Origin: Patescibacteria group bacterium
GTDB lineage: Bacteria; Patescibacteriota; Patescibacteriia; JAHIZJ01
Reading direction: 5' to 3'
Assembly (NCBI GenBank): GCA_041650335.1
Contig: JBAZLK010000002.1
Span: forward strand, 124,070 to 188,069
Length of the DNA stretch: 64,000 nucleotides
A program made the position numbers and the translations under genes. The notes beneath the pieces are model-generated. The model did not search any database, was not told the DNA's origin, and was given only the letters and a program-made list of their open reading frames with translations. Positions 1 to 9,507 of the stretch are shown here, piece by piece (positions within the stretch are counted from its first letter, which is position 1; each line of letters begins with the position of its first letter).

Positions 1-264
1 TGAGGCAACCATACTCTCCCCTTTTTCCCACTCGCCTTGCGGAAATTCCCAGGACACTGCCTTGACAGCGTACCGGTAGAGCTGGATCAGGTATATTTTT
101 TTACCCGCAATGGGAATGGTAACGCCGTAATCGGGTTTTTCAACAATGCCATAGACACCTCGACTGCCGTCAGAACGGATAACCCGTTTCTCCAACACTT
201 TCATCCAGTGATTTTGATAAACAATCTTTGAGCTAAGCGTTTTCCAAGGTTTCTTTGACTTCAT
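1..264 (-). CDS. NUDIX hydrolase (ADP-ribose pyrophosphatase-like), N-terminal part; C-terminus lies beyond window start
   Basis: Manual rc translation from ATG at 264: MKSKKPWKTLSSKIVYQNHWMKVLEKRVIRSDGSRGVYGIVEKPDYGVTIPIAGKKIYLIQLYRYAVKAVSWEFPQGEWEKGES..., the N-terminal pattern of ADP-ribose pyrophosphatase-type NUDIX proteins, running into the start of the Nudix box. Not in the ORF track because no stop falls inside the window. Confidence 0.5.
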   Translation of the reverse strand, partial: MKSKKPWKTLSSKIVYQNHWMKVLEKRVIRSDGSRGVYGIVEKPDYGVTIPIAGKKIYLIQLYRYAVKAVSWEFPQGEWEKGESMVAS

Positions 265-440
265 GGTATTCACCATTATTGGCAAGCTTTCATATCTATT
301 GTAGCTGGCCATGAAAAAATACACAAACCACCCTCTTGCATCTGTTGCATAAGTATGGTAAACCGCAGGTATTACCGCCGTTTCTCCAAGCAGTTACGGC
401 ACCACACCAGACGCCCTATTTCCAAGGAGGAGTGTATTCG

Positions 441-875
441 ATGAGGTGCGTAGCCCTGGCTACTCCCGTTGCGCTACCGGCTGAACGCTCGGCGGCGTGG
501 GTCGCGGTCGGCGATCGTGTCATGTGTTACGTGGATGATCGAGCCAGGTTCTTTCCGGACGACGATCAGCTGGCATTCTCGGACAGGTGGGTCCCGGGCC
601 GAGTGACGATTGCTTGCCCGCCCGGTCGGTGCGCCAAACAACCGTATCTGTCCGTGGACCTTGATCGGACGATCTTTCTGCAGCCCAACCCCCATCGTCC
701 GACCATCCCCCTTCGTCGCGAGATCGTCCTGCGCTGGACCAGTCCACGCGTGCTGCGGCAGGAAGAGTATCGCCGGTTGCGCTCGGACTCAGCGACAAGG
801 GATGCCTGGCAGCCGGCAGCCGAGGCGCAGAAAGACCACTCACCGCACTCTCTTGCCTGCTTCAGCCCGGAATGA
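441..875 (+). CDS. hypothetical protein (very high GC ORF)
   Basis: ATG at 441 preceded by AGGAGG 7 nt upstream (ccaaggaggagtgtattcgATG). 144 aa, Arg/Pro/Ala-rich, no recognisable domain. GC is markedly higher than neighbouring genes. The track ORF 336..875 is trimmed to the SD-supported start. Confidence 0.35.
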   Translation: MRCVALATPVALPAERSAAWVAVGDRVMCYVDDRARFFPDDDQLAFSDRWVPGRVTIACPPGRCAKQPYLSVDLDRTIFLQPNPHRPTIPLRREIVLRWTSPRVLRQEEYRRLRSDSATRDAWQPAAEAQKDHSPHSLACFSPE

Positions 876-915
876 ATCCCCGCACCCATGGCCGGCTCGT
901 TCCCTTGTGACTCGC

Positions 916-1410
916 TCACGAGGGCTTTTCTTTTCCCGCTGTTCTCAATACCTTCTCTGCAAACTGTTGGGCTTTTTGACAGTCGTTCGTGTTCGGCCGG
1001 CCACGATATAAGCCGCCGATGTATTTAAATATCCCCCAGCTATCCCAGCCCGGGCAATCAAATTCGCCAATAATCTGGTATTTTTTGTCCACGAGCATCC
1101 GGCGCAACTCTTGGTGGCTGCCGAACCAGGCGCCGTGAGTTGAAAATATAAAAACGGGAAAACCTTCGCGTTTAGGCAGCTGACTGGCAAAATCCAGCAG
1201 CGCCTGGTGGTGTTTCCAAAAATAAATACCCGAACCAAAGCCGACCAAATCATATTCCATAACCTCTTCAGGTTTTATCGTAAACGGCTTCCTCAGGTCA
1301 GCCGACAAAACATCGCCCATCTCCCGGGCGATAGTTTCCGTGTTGTGGTGGTGGATTGATTGGTAGATGATGAGCGTCTTCACTATAATTACCTCATCGG
1401 TTGTATTCAC
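916..1410 (-). CDS. flavodoxin-family protein
   Basis: 164 aa. N-terminal KTLIIYQSIHHHNTETIAREMGDVL resembles the flavodoxin FMN-binding loop (compare KALIVYGSTTGNTE...). Confidence 0.55.
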   Translation of the reverse strand: MNTTDEVIIVKTLIIYQSIHHHNTETIAREMGDVLSADLRKPFTIKPEEVMEYDLVGFGSGIYFWKHHQALLDFASQLPKREGFPVFIFSTHGAWFGSHQELRRMLVDKKYQIIGEFDCPGWDSWGIFKYIGGLYRGRPNTNDCQKAQQFAEKVLRTAGKEKPS

Positions 1411-1489
1411 TCAGCCAACTGAATTTATCTACTACTCATGACAAGTTTGGCTCCGCTTAATCCATGCTATTAACCGCGAATTTATAAGT

Positions 1490-2032
1490 TTAATCGTAAG
1501 CGACTGAAAACATTGGGTATAAGCCTTTGAGAACTATTTTAACTTCATTAAGAGCCCTGATGATATGTCGATTTAAATAGAGTTTTTGATCGCCGAAGAA
1601 AAAACAAACATCGTTTTCGTAATCTGAAACTAATTCCTTCCCTGATATGTTTGCTATTTTTCCTTTACCGTATGCAATATTAAAATAAAAAACAGTTTTA
1701 CCATCTAATAAATAATTATCCGATTCAATGTGGCAAGCAGCATCCCTTACATAACGAACAGCACTTGTTATATCCTTTACAAGCCTTCTACCATTATTAT
1801 ATTTTAAAACAACCATATCATCGGTAAAATTTATTCTCTTTCCAGATTTATCGCACTTCCAAAGCAAATTTTGCAATCTAATTATTAGCTCTGTAAAGGC
1901 TGATTGCACCAATGGATTTTTCCAGTTTCTTTTCTCAAAAATTTTGCTTTCTAATATTTTTGATATCCTATCAAATTCATATAGTGCCTCGCTTTGTTCT
2001 CTAATATTTTTTGGTTGGTTATTATTGCTCAT
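1490..2032 (-). CDS. hypothetical protein (AT-rich, next to tRNA-Gln)
   Basis: 180 aa ORF with roughly 33% GC, much lower than the flanks. No recognisable motif. Confidence 0.5.
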   Translation of the reverse strand: MSNNNQPKNIREQSEALYEFDRISKILESKIFEKRNWKNPLVQSAFTELIIRLQNLLWKCDKSGKRINFTDDMVVLKYNNGRRLVKDITSAVRYVRDAACHIESDNYLLDGKTVFYFNIAYGKGKIANISGKELVSDYENDVCFFFGDQKLYLNRHIIRALNEVKIVLKGLYPMFSVAYD

Positions 2033-2045
2033 AGTTTTGATTTAC

Positions 2046-2119
2046 TGGCTCCGGGGCAGGGACTCGAACCCCGATACCTGCCTCCAAAGGGCAGTGTCCT
2101 ACCATTAGACGACCCCGGA
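2046..2119 (-). tRNA. tRNA-Gln (anticodon TTG)
   Basis: rc reads TCCGGGGTCGTCTAATGGTAGGACACTGCCCTTTGGAGGCAGGTATCGGGGTTCGAGTCCCTGCCCCGGAGCCA. 7-bp acceptor stem TCCGGGG/CCCCGGA, anticodon stem CTGCC/GGCAG with loop CTTTGGA (anticodon TTG), T-loop TTCGAGT, CCA encoded. Confidence 0.8.
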
Positions 2120-2214
2120 TCAAAAACCGCTATTATTATCGACACCCGCCGCGCCTACAAACAAAAAATGGGCGTATCACCCATATCCTAGCAAACAATC
2201 GAAGTTTTTTCAAC

Positions 2215-3543
2215 TCATTTAAGAAATAAGAATATTATGCTCGCAATGGCGACAATAATCATAAAAAAAGTAATTATCCATCCCAGAACATTTACTGGCC
2301 GACTATTGGCGTATTCACCCAGATGTTTTTTGCTGCCACTGATGAGCATGATAAAAATCATCAGAATGGGCGCGATAATACCATTAAGAATGGCCGCGTA
2401 AATCAATGCTTTAATCGGATCAAGACCGATGAAATTGATGGCGAAACCAATGACAATGGCAGCAATAATCACCCCATAAAAAGCATAAGCGTTTTTTAAC
2501 TTCCGATAAAGTCCTTCATGCCAGCGAAAACTTTCTGAAAAAGCATAGGCGGCTGAACCAGCCAACACCGGTATCGCCAGCAGCCCGATCCCGATGATAC
2601 CCACAGCGAAGAGAAGGGTGGCATATTTTCCAGCAAACGGTCGAAGCGCCTCAGCGGCCTGAGCGGCGGTATCGATGTTTGTAATTCCCGCCGGGTGTAA
2701 AACTGCTCCCGTCGTCAAGATAATAAAAAACATGACGATATTTGAAAAGAACATGCCGGTCCATACGTCTTTACGCATAGCCCGGATCTCCGGCCAATTA
2801 TTTTCCTGCGATCGGGCTTTTATCGTCGTTTGGCCGTCTAAGATTTCTTCCTCGACTTCTTGGGAGGCCTGCCAAAAAAAGAGGTACGGCGAAATAGTCG
2901 TGCCAAGAATGCCACAGATCAGGAGGATTTGATCGCGCGATAATTGCAGTGATGGGATAACGGCTCGACGCGCCACGTCTCCCCAGTCAACGCCTTTGAG
3001 CGTTAACGCAGTAATCACGTAGGCCAGCAAGACCAGCGCCAATATTTTTAGCACTTTTGAATACTTGCGATACGAGGTGAATATTTCCAAAATCAGCGTT
3101 ACCACAGTAAAGCCGATAAGCAAGAGAGCGTATTTTAATTGCGGGGCGATGAGATTTGCCGCTTCAGCCATGGCGCCGAGATCCGCGCCGATATTGAATG
3201 TATTGGCAATAAACAGTAGTACCGTGCAAAGATACAGCATCCAGCGGGGAAAGTGGAGACGGATATTGGCCGCTAAGCCGCGGCCGGTAACCAAGCCGAT
3301 CCGGGCGCACATTTCTTGGACAATCGTCATGAACGGAAACGTAAATGCGGCCAGCCAAAGAAGCTGGAAGCCGAAACGGCTTCCCGTCTGCGAATAGGTA
3401 GCAATGCCGGACGGGTCGTCGTCAGCCGCCCCGGTTGTCAGGCCAGGACCAAGCTGATGCCAAAACCGGCCCAGCCTTTTTATGCGATTGGATATGCTGG
3501 GACGCTGAGGGTTAGGCTTTACGGTTGGTGGTTTTTTTGGCAC
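2215..3543 (-). CDS. mntH: NRAMP-family divalent metal (Mn2+/Fe2+) transporter
   Basis: 442 aa multi-TM protein. N-terminal GPGLTTGAADDDPSGIATYSQTG matches the Nramp DPGN-type signature region. Confidence 0.8.
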   Translation of the reverse strand: MPKKPPTVKPNPQRPSISNRIKRLGRFWHQLGPGLTTGAADDDPSGIATYSQTGSRFGFQLLWLAAFTFPFMTIVQEMCARIGLVTGRGLAANIRLHFPRWMLYLCTVLLFIANTFNIGADLGAMAEAANLIAPQLKYALLLIGFTVVTLILEIFTSYRKYSKVLKILALVLLAYVITALTLKGVDWGDVARRAVIPSLQLSRDQILLICGILGTTISPYLFFWQASQEVEEEILDGQTTIKARSQENNWPEIRAMRKDVWTGMFFSNIVMFFIILTTGAVLHPAGITNIDTAAQAAEALRPFAGKYATLLFAVGIIGIGLLAIPVLAGSAAYAFSESFRWHEGLYRKLKNAYAFYGVIIAAIVIGFAINFIGLDPIKALIYAAILNGIIAPILMIFIMLISGSKKHLGEYANSRPVNVLGWIITFFMIIVAIASIIFLFLK

Positions 3544-3577
3544 GCTCTATAAATTATCGAGCACCCGTATCGTAATT

Positions 3578-4489
3578 TTATACCTTCAAATGCCGACCAA
3601 TCGCAATCATTGACGATATCACCGAGAGAATCAGAGCTACAATCAGCTGGAGGCCGAATATTTCGAAGAAATGGCTGGCAAAGTAGCTCGCAATATTCAG
3701 ATCATAACCCTGGAAAAAGTTCGTAATTTGCGGAGAAATGACTTTTAACAACGGATAGAGTATGCCCGTGGAGATTACCGTGCCAAGCAACGCATAGATA
3801 ACGCTTTCGAGAATAAACGGCCCGCGGATAAACCAGCCCGTCGCGCCGACCAAACGCATAATACCGATCTCTTCACGATGTGTGTAAATGGTAATCCGAA
3901 TGGTGTTAAAAATAACCAGGATCGCAATAATGATAAAGGTGACACTCATCACCAGCGCGACTTGATACAAGCGATCGGTGATATTCGTCAGCCGCCGGAT
4001 AACGGTTTGATAGTCTTCGAAATCCCGGTCGTAAATAAGCTGGCTGTAGCTCGGGTCTGATAATACCTGCAAAACCTCGTTTGTTTTATTAAGGTCATTC
4101 ACGCGAACGATCAAGGTTGAGCCCAGCGGATTATCCGCTAATATTTCCAGTGTTTCTTGGATAACCGGATCATCCTTAAAACGTTCTTTGAATGAGGCCA
4201 GCGATTGCTCTTTTGGAATAAACGTCACGTCTTTCACTGAGTCGAGCGTCTGGAGTCGGGCTTGGATGGCCTGGATTTCTTTCTCGGCCACGTCGGGATT
4301 AAAATAGACGCTTAAATCCACTTTTTCTTCAACTGACTGGATCGCGCGATCGCCGATGAAGTTTACCGCTCCCAGCAGACTTACGGAAAAAAGCGTCAGA
4401 ACTAAAATCAATAAGGTGGCGGCGGAAAGCCAAATATTTCGGATGAAGTTCTGCCAGGCAAATTTGAGCGCGCGATAAAACGAAATCAT
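3578..4489 (-). CDS. ftsX: cell-division ABC transporter permease FtsX
   Basis: 303 aa, N-terminal TM plus large periplasmic loop plus 3 C-terminal TMs. Lies immediately downstream of ftsE. Confidence 0.75.
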   Translation of the reverse strand: MISFYRALKFAWQNFIRNIWLSAATLLILVLTLFSVSLLGAVNFIGDRAIQSVEEKVDLSVYFNPDVAEKEIQAIQARLQTLDSVKDVTFIPKEQSLASFKERFKDDPVIQETLEILADNPLGSTLIVRVNDLNKTNEVLQVLSDPSYSQLIYDRDFEDYQTVIRRLTNITDRLYQVALVMSVTFIIIAILVIFNTIRITIYTHREEIGIMRLVGATGWFIRGPFILESVIYALLGTVISTGILYPLLKVISPQITNFFQGYDLNIASYFASHFFEIFGLQLIVALILSVISSMIAIGRHLKV

Positions 4490-4506
4490 GTTTCGTGGCT
4501 AAAGCA

Positions 4507-5226
4507 TTATAAAAGGTATTCTCCTTCCTCTTGATCGGAAATGATCTGGCCGTGATCGAGGGTGATTACCCGTTTCCGGAGCGCGTTGACAATATCGCGG
4601 TTATGCGTCACCAAGACAACGGTCGTGCCGAATTTGTTTATCTTTACCAGCAGGTCGATAATCTCCTGGGCGTTAATCGAGTCCAAATTGCCGGTCGGCT
4701 CATCGGCAATGATGATTTTCGGTCGGTGGACCAGGGAACGCGCAATGACAACTCGTTGCTGTTCGCCACCGGATATTTGGCCCGGAAAGCGGTCTGTTTT
4801 ATCTTCAAGGTTAACGATCTTTAAGGCTTGGGGAACGATTGTCCGGATCTTGGTTGGCGATGCGCCGGCTACCTCCAACGCAAAAGCGACGTTTTCATAG
4901 ACCGTCTTTTTCGGCAGGAGCTTAAAATCCTGAAAAACAACGCCGATTTGCCGACGCAAGGTTGGCACCTCGTCGTGTTTAATGTTGGTGATATCCCAGC
5001 CGCCGATAACAATCCGTCCTTTTGTTACCCTCTCCTCGGCAATAATCAGCCTGGCGAGAGTGGTTTTGCCGGTGCCGGATTGGCCGACGATCGAAACAAA
5101 CTCCCCGGGACGGATATGGAGAGTGACGTTTTTGAGAGCGACCGTGTTCGGTTTATAGTTTTTGGTGACGTTTTTGAGATAGATCATGGCTTGTTTTGGG
5201 AAAAGGTATCCGCTGAATTCCAACAA
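4507..5226 (-). CDS. ftsE: cell-division ABC transporter ATP-binding protein FtsE
   Basis: Walker A GQSGTGKTT, ABC signature LSGGEQQRVVIARSL, Walker B IIIADEPTGNLD. The true start may be the internal MIYLKNV. Confidence 0.85.
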   Translation of the reverse strand: MLEFSGYLFPKQAMIYLKNVTKNYKPNTVALKNVTLHIRPGEFVSIVGQSGTGKTTLARLIIAEERVTKGRIVIGGWDITNIKHDEVPTLRRQIGVVFQDFKLLPKKTVYENVAFALEVAGASPTKIRTIVPQALKIVNLEDKTDRFPGQISGGEQQRVVIARSLVHRPKIIIADEPTGNLDSINAQEIIDLLVKINKFGTTVVLVTHNRDIVNALRKRVITLDHGQIISDQEEGEYLL

Positions 5227-5260
5227 AAATAGTCCCGTTCGATTAGATACTATTATAGCA

Positions 5261-5290
5261 TTGACGCGTCACCTTCCTCATGCGTATAAT
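5261..5290 (+). promoter_or_regulatory. sigma70-like promoter upstream of tRNA-Gly
   Basis: TTGACG (5261-5266), 18-nt spacer, TATAAT (5285-5290). Confidence 0.45.
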
Positions 5291-5432
5291 AAGGAAAGTA
5301 GGGACATCTTAAGTAAAACGTTTCTGGAAGTATTTGTCAAACGGGCGGGCGTCGTTTCCGGCAGAGCCGGACCCGGCTTTGCCGGGCAGTTGGTAGAGTG
5401 CCTGCTTTCTTGGTCCTCGGCGGCAGTTGCCG

Positions 5433-5506
5433 GCGGGATTAGTACAGGGGTAGTATGCTTGCTTCCCAAGCAAGAGACGCGAGTTCGAGTCTCGTATCCC
5501 GCTCCA
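5433..5506 (+). tRNA. tRNA-Gly (anticodon CCC)
   Basis: GCGGGATTAGTACAGGGGTAGTATGCTTGCTTCCCAAGCAAGAGACGCGAGTTCGAGTCTCGTATCCCGCTCCA. Acceptor GCGGGAT/ATCCCGC, anticodon stem CTTGC/GCAAG with loop TTCCCAA, T-arm GCGAG-TTCGAGT-CTCGT, CCA encoded. Confidence 0.8.
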
Positions 5507-5599
5507 TCTGCTCCCGCGAAGGATGCAGTGAGGAGATCGTCGCGCCCGTGGCGGTATCACCCGCTCCAGTTCATGACCGGGCCCCTCGCGGTTTCATCC

Positions 5600-6004
5600 T
5601 TACACCGTTACGTACTGATGCACCTTTTCGATCACGCTGGCGGGCGTTTCAGCGGCTTTGACCAGGTATTCGGCGACGCCCAGCTCTTCCGAGCGTATCC
5701 GATCCTCGTGCGTGTCAATGTTGCTGAACACGAAAACGACCAGCTGGCGCGTCTTCGGATGCTGCCGTAGGTCGGCCAGCAGGTCAAACCCGACCCGCCG
5801 GTCATAGGCGACCATCTCCCCCGGCCGTTCCGGTATGATCAAATCAAGGAGCAACAGTTTTGGCCGGTGTTTTATGGCCAGCTCAATCCCCTGTTCCTTT
5901 GTCTGGGCAACCAAGAGTGTGTAGGTTGAGTGCCGCTCGAAGACCTGTTGGTACAGACGGACCAACGGCTGTTCGTCCTCAACGAGAAGGATTGTTTGTT
6001 TCAT
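5600..6004 (-). CDS. single-domain response regulator (CheY-like receiver)
   Basis: Start reassigned to MKQTILLVEDEQ... (ATG rc at 6002-6004). Receiver motifs: LLVEDE, LLLDLIIP (phospho-acceptor Asp), final K in YLVKAA. The track ORF 5600..6238 has an implausible N-extension that overlaps the hydrolase gene. Confidence 0.7.
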   Translation of the reverse strand: MKQTILLVEDEQPLVRLYQQVFERHSTYTLLVAQTKEQGIELAIKHRPKLLLLDLIIPERPGEMVAYDRRVGFDLLADLRQHPKTRQLVVFVFSNIDTHEDRIRSEELGVAEYLVKAAETPASVIEKVHQYVTV

Positions 6005-6776
6005 GGACGGCCGAGTGTTTATTGATAAAGTCATAGATTGCCCGATAGACCTCAAACCGTTGCGGTGTTTCATAATAATGGTGTTCCGGGCTATCAAGCC
6101 AGTGCAATGCTTTGTCACGAGAAGCGACCTGATCAACGAGATAGTGGGCGCTTCGTGGCTGCACATTGAAATCTTTTCGAGTTTGAACGACCATGATTGG
6201 CGTCTGAATGCGCCGGAGTATTTTCCGGCTGAGAACAATCACTCGATACATCGCGTGAAGCGCGCGTAGTGGCAAGACGAGATACTTCCCCAGCCGTTCA
6301 TAGTGCGCCCGCTGAGCCGGCTTAACCCAGCTTTTGGTCACGCTTTTCTTCAGCCGCATGAGGAGGGGAATAAGAAAACGATGCAGATATTCGTGAGGCA
6401 AGAATAGTGGGGTGTTAATGGTAACAAGGCCGGACGGTTGGAGGGCGTGTTCGGCGGTCACAATCAAGGCGAGATTCCCGCCGAAAGAATAGCCGACTAC
6501 GGCGACTCCACCTCGCGATACCGTTCTCAAACGCTGATATTCGCTGACCACGGCGGCGCTCCAATCCGATGCCCGTTTCGTATTCAAATCATCGGGCGTT
6601 GTCCCGTGTCCGGGCAAGCAAGGGCCTGAAACGGTCAGGCCGTGCTTTGACAAATACTCGCCTAATTCGATAACATCAGATGGTCCGCTGGAAAACCCAT
6701 GGATCATGAGGACGGCCGGCCGATCCGGCTGTCCGGAGAAGAAAAATGGCTGGGCGACAGGAGCGTGACTTTCCAT
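5979..6776 (-). CDS. alpha/beta-hydrolase fold esterase/lipase
   Basis: 265 aa. HGFSSGP oxyanion region and nucleophile elbow GYSFGG (GXSXG). Confidence 0.7.
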   Translation of the reverse strand: MESHAPVAQPFFFSGQPDRPAVLMIHGFSSGPSDVIELGEYLSKHGLTVSGPCLPGHGTTPDDLNTKRASDWSAAVVSEYQRLRTVSRGGVAVVGYSFGGNLALIVTAEHALQPSGLVTINTPLFLPHEYLHRFLIPLLMRLKKSVTKSWVKPAQRAHYERLGKYLVLPLRALHAMYRVIVLSRKILRRIQTPIMVVQTRKDFNVQPRSAHYLVDQVASRDKALHWLDSPEHHYYETPQRFEVYRAIYDFINKHSAVHETNNPSR

Positions 6777-6787
6777 AATTTTTTTAG

Positions 6788-6863
6788 GCCGATGTAGCTC
6801 AATTGGCAGAGCAATCCCTTCGTAAGGGAAAGGTTGTCGGTTCGATTCCGACCATCGGCTCCA
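6788..6863 (+). tRNA. tRNA-Thr (anticodon CGT)
   Basis: GCCGATGTAGCTCAATTGGCAGAGCAATCCCTTCGTAAGGGAAAGGTTGTCGGTTCGATTCCGACCATCGGCTCCA. Acceptor GCCGATG/CATCGGC, D-arm GCTC-AATTGGCA-GAGC, anticodon loop TTCGTAA, T-arm GTCGG-TTCGATT-CCGAC, CCA encoded. Confidence 0.8.
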
Positions 6864-6893
6864 GTAACCTTTTTACGGTTCAGTCTGTGATAT

Positions 6894-6926
6894 AAAACAA
6901 ACCCCGGCTCTTCGGGGTTTGTTTTT
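6894..6926. terminator. bidirectional rho-independent terminator (tRNA-Thr on plus, PPIase gene on minus)
   Basis: AAACAAACCCCGGCTCTTCGGGGTTTGTTTTT: 8-bp GC-rich stem flanked by A-run and T-run. Confidence 0.65.
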
Positions 6927-6934
6927 ATACCATC

Positions 6935-8275
6935 CTATTTAATGTAATTATAGATTTTCGCGGCGGTTTCCTTTTCGGTCAACCATTGATCGACGCCCAT
7001 CGTGTACACCAGGATATGCTGGAGATGATACCGCTCTTCACCTTCGGTGCCATTGTTGGCTGTATCATCAGCCTTCGGTTTTTCGACGAGCTTGATAATG
7101 TGATAACCGTAAACCGTCTGGACAATTGAGCTGACCTCTCCTTCGTTCAGGGCGAATGCGGCCGTGGCGAATTTTTCATCGAGATCAGACCGAGCCACCC
7201 AGCCGAGATCGCCGGTTTCACCGGACGAGGTGTCTTCATTGTACTCTTTGACAAGATCTTCAAACTTCGAGCCATCCTTCAATTTTTGGGCGACTTCGTC
7301 AATGCGCTTTTTGGCGTTTTGGTTATAACTGAGCGAAGCGTCAAAGGCAAGCTTTTCCTGAACTTTCTGGCGCAAGACGTAGCTCTTAAGAATACTTCTT
7401 TCAAAATCAGCGAGTTTCCAGCCGTACATTTCCTGCAAGGTCGCTTCGAGCGCGTCACGACCGCCTGACTCCGTGCTAAGCTTGTCGACCTCAGTATTGA
7501 TATCAGCTTGGGTAGCCGTTATACCTAACGTCTTTGCCTCAATTTCCAGCAGTTTGTCCTTGATGAGTTTATCGATGATGAGCGACCGAAAATCCTCTTC
7601 TGATGGTTTCGTAACCAGATCAGGGGTAAGCGAAGCCTGTTTGTCGTAATACTGTTTCAACGCGGCCAGGTCGTGATTAAAGTCGCTATACCGAACGAGA
7701 TGGTATTTCACTATGGCCGCCGGGTATGGAACGATTTTCATCACCTCGGTCATCACCCGGTTATTCCATTTATAGCGATATAATCCGACGCCAAAGACCA
7801 CGAGGGCAACGACAACGATGCCCAACAAACCTGCGACGACAAATAATACTACTTTCTTCTTAAGGCTGGTGGATTTTTTCTTTTTCGGCTCCTTTATTTC
7901 GGCCTCGGACGGCTTTATCGACGGTGGCGGCGGTTCGGGCGGTGGCGTCGGTTTCGGGGCGACCGGCGGTACTATTTTTTTCACGGGGGGCGGAGCTTGG
8001 ACCTTTGGCGGTGGCGGTGGCGACGCTTTTACGGGTGGGGCCGGTTTTGCCGTTTTCTGCGGTTGCCCTTGTTTTTGATTAGCCGGCATTGCGTCTTTAT
8101 GGATTACCTCAAGGATTTCCTTCCGCGCTTCGGCCATATCTCGATCGCTTAATTCAGATTCAGCGATAGTATCGGATTGGCTTTTTACGTTCGCCGACGC
8201 ACCGTTGCTCTTCTTTTTTAGGTCCTGATTTGCCTCAGTTTTTTTACCTCGGCCGTTTGATGAGTTTCGTGGCAT
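6935..8275 (-). CDS. PpiC/parvulin-type peptidyl-prolyl cis-trans isomerase (SurA/PrsA-like) with N-terminal Pro-rich region and TM anchor
   Basis: The C-terminal rotamase-like region KFEDLVKEYNEDTSSGETGDLGWVARSDLDEKFATAAFAL...GYHIIKL is parvulin-like. The N-terminal third is low complexity (PPPPPKVQAPPPVKK...). Confidence 0.7.
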   Translation of the reverse strand: MPRNSSNGRGKKTEANQDLKKKSNGASANVKSQSDTIAESELSDRDMAEARKEILEVIHKDAMPANQKQGQPQKTAKPAPPVKASPPPPPKVQAPPPVKKIVPPVAPKPTPPPEPPPPSIKPSEAEIKEPKKKKSTSLKKKVVLFVVAGLLGIVVVALVVFGVGLYRYKWNNRVMTEVMKIVPYPAAIVKYHLVRYSDFNHDLAALKQYYDKQASLTPDLVTKPSEEDFRSLIIDKLIKDKLLEIEAKTLGITATQADINTEVDKLSTESGGRDALEATLQEMYGWKLADFERSILKSYVLRQKVQEKLAFDASLSYNQNAKKRIDEVAQKLKDGSKFEDLVKEYNEDTSSGETGDLGWVARSDLDEKFATAAFALNEGEVSSIVQTVYGYHIIKLVEKPKADDTANNGTEGEERYHLQHILVYTMGVDQWLTEKETAAKIYNYIK

Positions 8276-8284
8276 AATGATCCT

Positions 8285-8734
8285 TTATTTTTTAGCAAAA
8301 AAATAATTCCACCATTTTTGCGGAGGGGAAAGCTGGTCATTGTCCGAGCTATCGCTAGCTGTTGTCGTCTGTCCACCGACCCCAGCTGAGCCACCGGCAA
8401 TAGGAACGCTGATTGCTGATTCACCCTCTTTTTGAAGACCAAGCTTTAATCTCGCTTCTTGCTCCTTGTAGTAGTCAGACTGAAAATACGCGACTAAACC
8501 CGATAATTCGGTGTTTTGATTCTGGAGTTCGGCTATTTGCTCTTCAAGCTTCTGTATTTCTTGACGGACTTCCCAGCGCCTGAAAATTTCCTTAATTAAA
8601 GCCACGGAAAACAGCACGATTATTCCCAATTCGATAACGAGAAGGATTTTCGATGTTAGAAAACGCCGCCATGCATTCGTGGGATTCTTCGGTCTCATGG
8701 TACAGATTATACCAAAACCGATAAATTCCGACAA
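8285..8734 (-). CDS. septum formation initiator (FtsB/DivIC-like) coiled-coil membrane protein
   Basis: TM segment followed by coiled coil EIQKLEEQIAELQNQNTELSGLVAYFQSDYYKEQEARLKLGL, typical of FtsB/DivIC. Confidence 0.5.
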   Translation of the reverse strand: MSEFIGFGIICTMRPKNPTNAWRRFLTSKILLVIELGIIVLFSVALIKEIFRRWEVRQEIQKLEEQIAELQNQNTELSGLVAYFQSDYYKEQEARLKLGLQKEGESAISVPIAGGSAGVGGQTTTASDSSDNDQLSPPQKWWNYFFAKK

Positions 8735-8740
8735 GGCAAA

Positions 8741-9379
8741 CTACTTCTTTGGCCTTTTCTGGTTTTTTCCCGCCATCTCCTCTGAGGCAATGAGCTTTTT
8801 GAATTGTTCATCGCTCATCCCCTTCTTTATCCTCATGACGAGATCAATCAATTCCTTGGCTGACAGGTCGTCCGGCGTCTTCTGGGCGGACACTTCGCGT
8901 TGAATTCGAATGATCGTATCCTGCACTTTCTGAGGTTCGGCGATGTCTTTTATCTCCAGGTTTGCCTGAGAGCCGGCAGTCTGTATCTCAAGATCGCCAT
9001 AATTAAATAGTGTTGGCATGACTCCTTTGATGCGAAAACTGACATCCTGAATTTTATCATAGGTCGATTCCGAAACAACTCGTTCAAACAACCCTTTTTG
9101 GTCAAAATCCAAAATGCGCTCCCTGGTCACCACGAGGGCGTTCTGATAATAAATGACGGTCTGACGGAGCGCAAAGATAATTCCGAATACCAGTGCCAGA
9201 AAAAATATGATGATGCCGGCCGTACCCCAGCGGAAAAGCGGATAGAGAAAAAAGAATGGCAGAAGGATGAAGACCAGCGACAAAAAGATGTGAAACGCGT
9301 ACGTCAGGTAGTACCGCCGCACCAGACAGACGATCTCTTCCCCTTCCTTTAAATGTTTGGTAAAATAATGGGTGAACAT
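8741..9379 (-). CDS. membrane protein with bacterial PH (YdbS/YdbT-like) domain
   Basis: Two N-terminal TMs then a bPH_2-like segment (GVMPTLFNYGDLEIQTAGSQANLEIKDIAEP). Confidence 0.45.
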   Translation of the reverse strand: MFTHYFTKHLKEGEEIVCLVRRYYLTYAFHIFLSLVFILLPFFFLYPLFRWGTAGIIIFFLALVFGIIFALRQTVIYYQNALVVTRERILDFDQKGLFERVVSESTYDKIQDVSFRIKGVMPTLFNYGDLEIQTAGSQANLEIKDIAEPQKVQDTIIRIQREVSAQKTPDDLSAKELIDLVMRIKKGMSDEQFKKLIASEEMAGKNQKRPKK

Positions 9380-9507
9380 TGAACTCTATGTTGGTCAATA
9401 AAAATCGTAAGAAAATTCAAATCATCTGGCTGATTATCACGATCATCGGCGTCTTTGCGATGGTCTTCTTCACTGTGCTGCCGGCGTTCGGGCAATAAAC
9501 GAGCTGG

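Noticed and set aside
5350-5432. tRNA-like D-arm sequence (GGCAGTTGGTAGAGTGCC) just upstream of tRNA-Gly
   Set aside because: No complementary 3' acceptor strand, no anticodon stem-loop and no T-arm could be drawn. Most likely a leader fragment or degenerate tRNA remnant.
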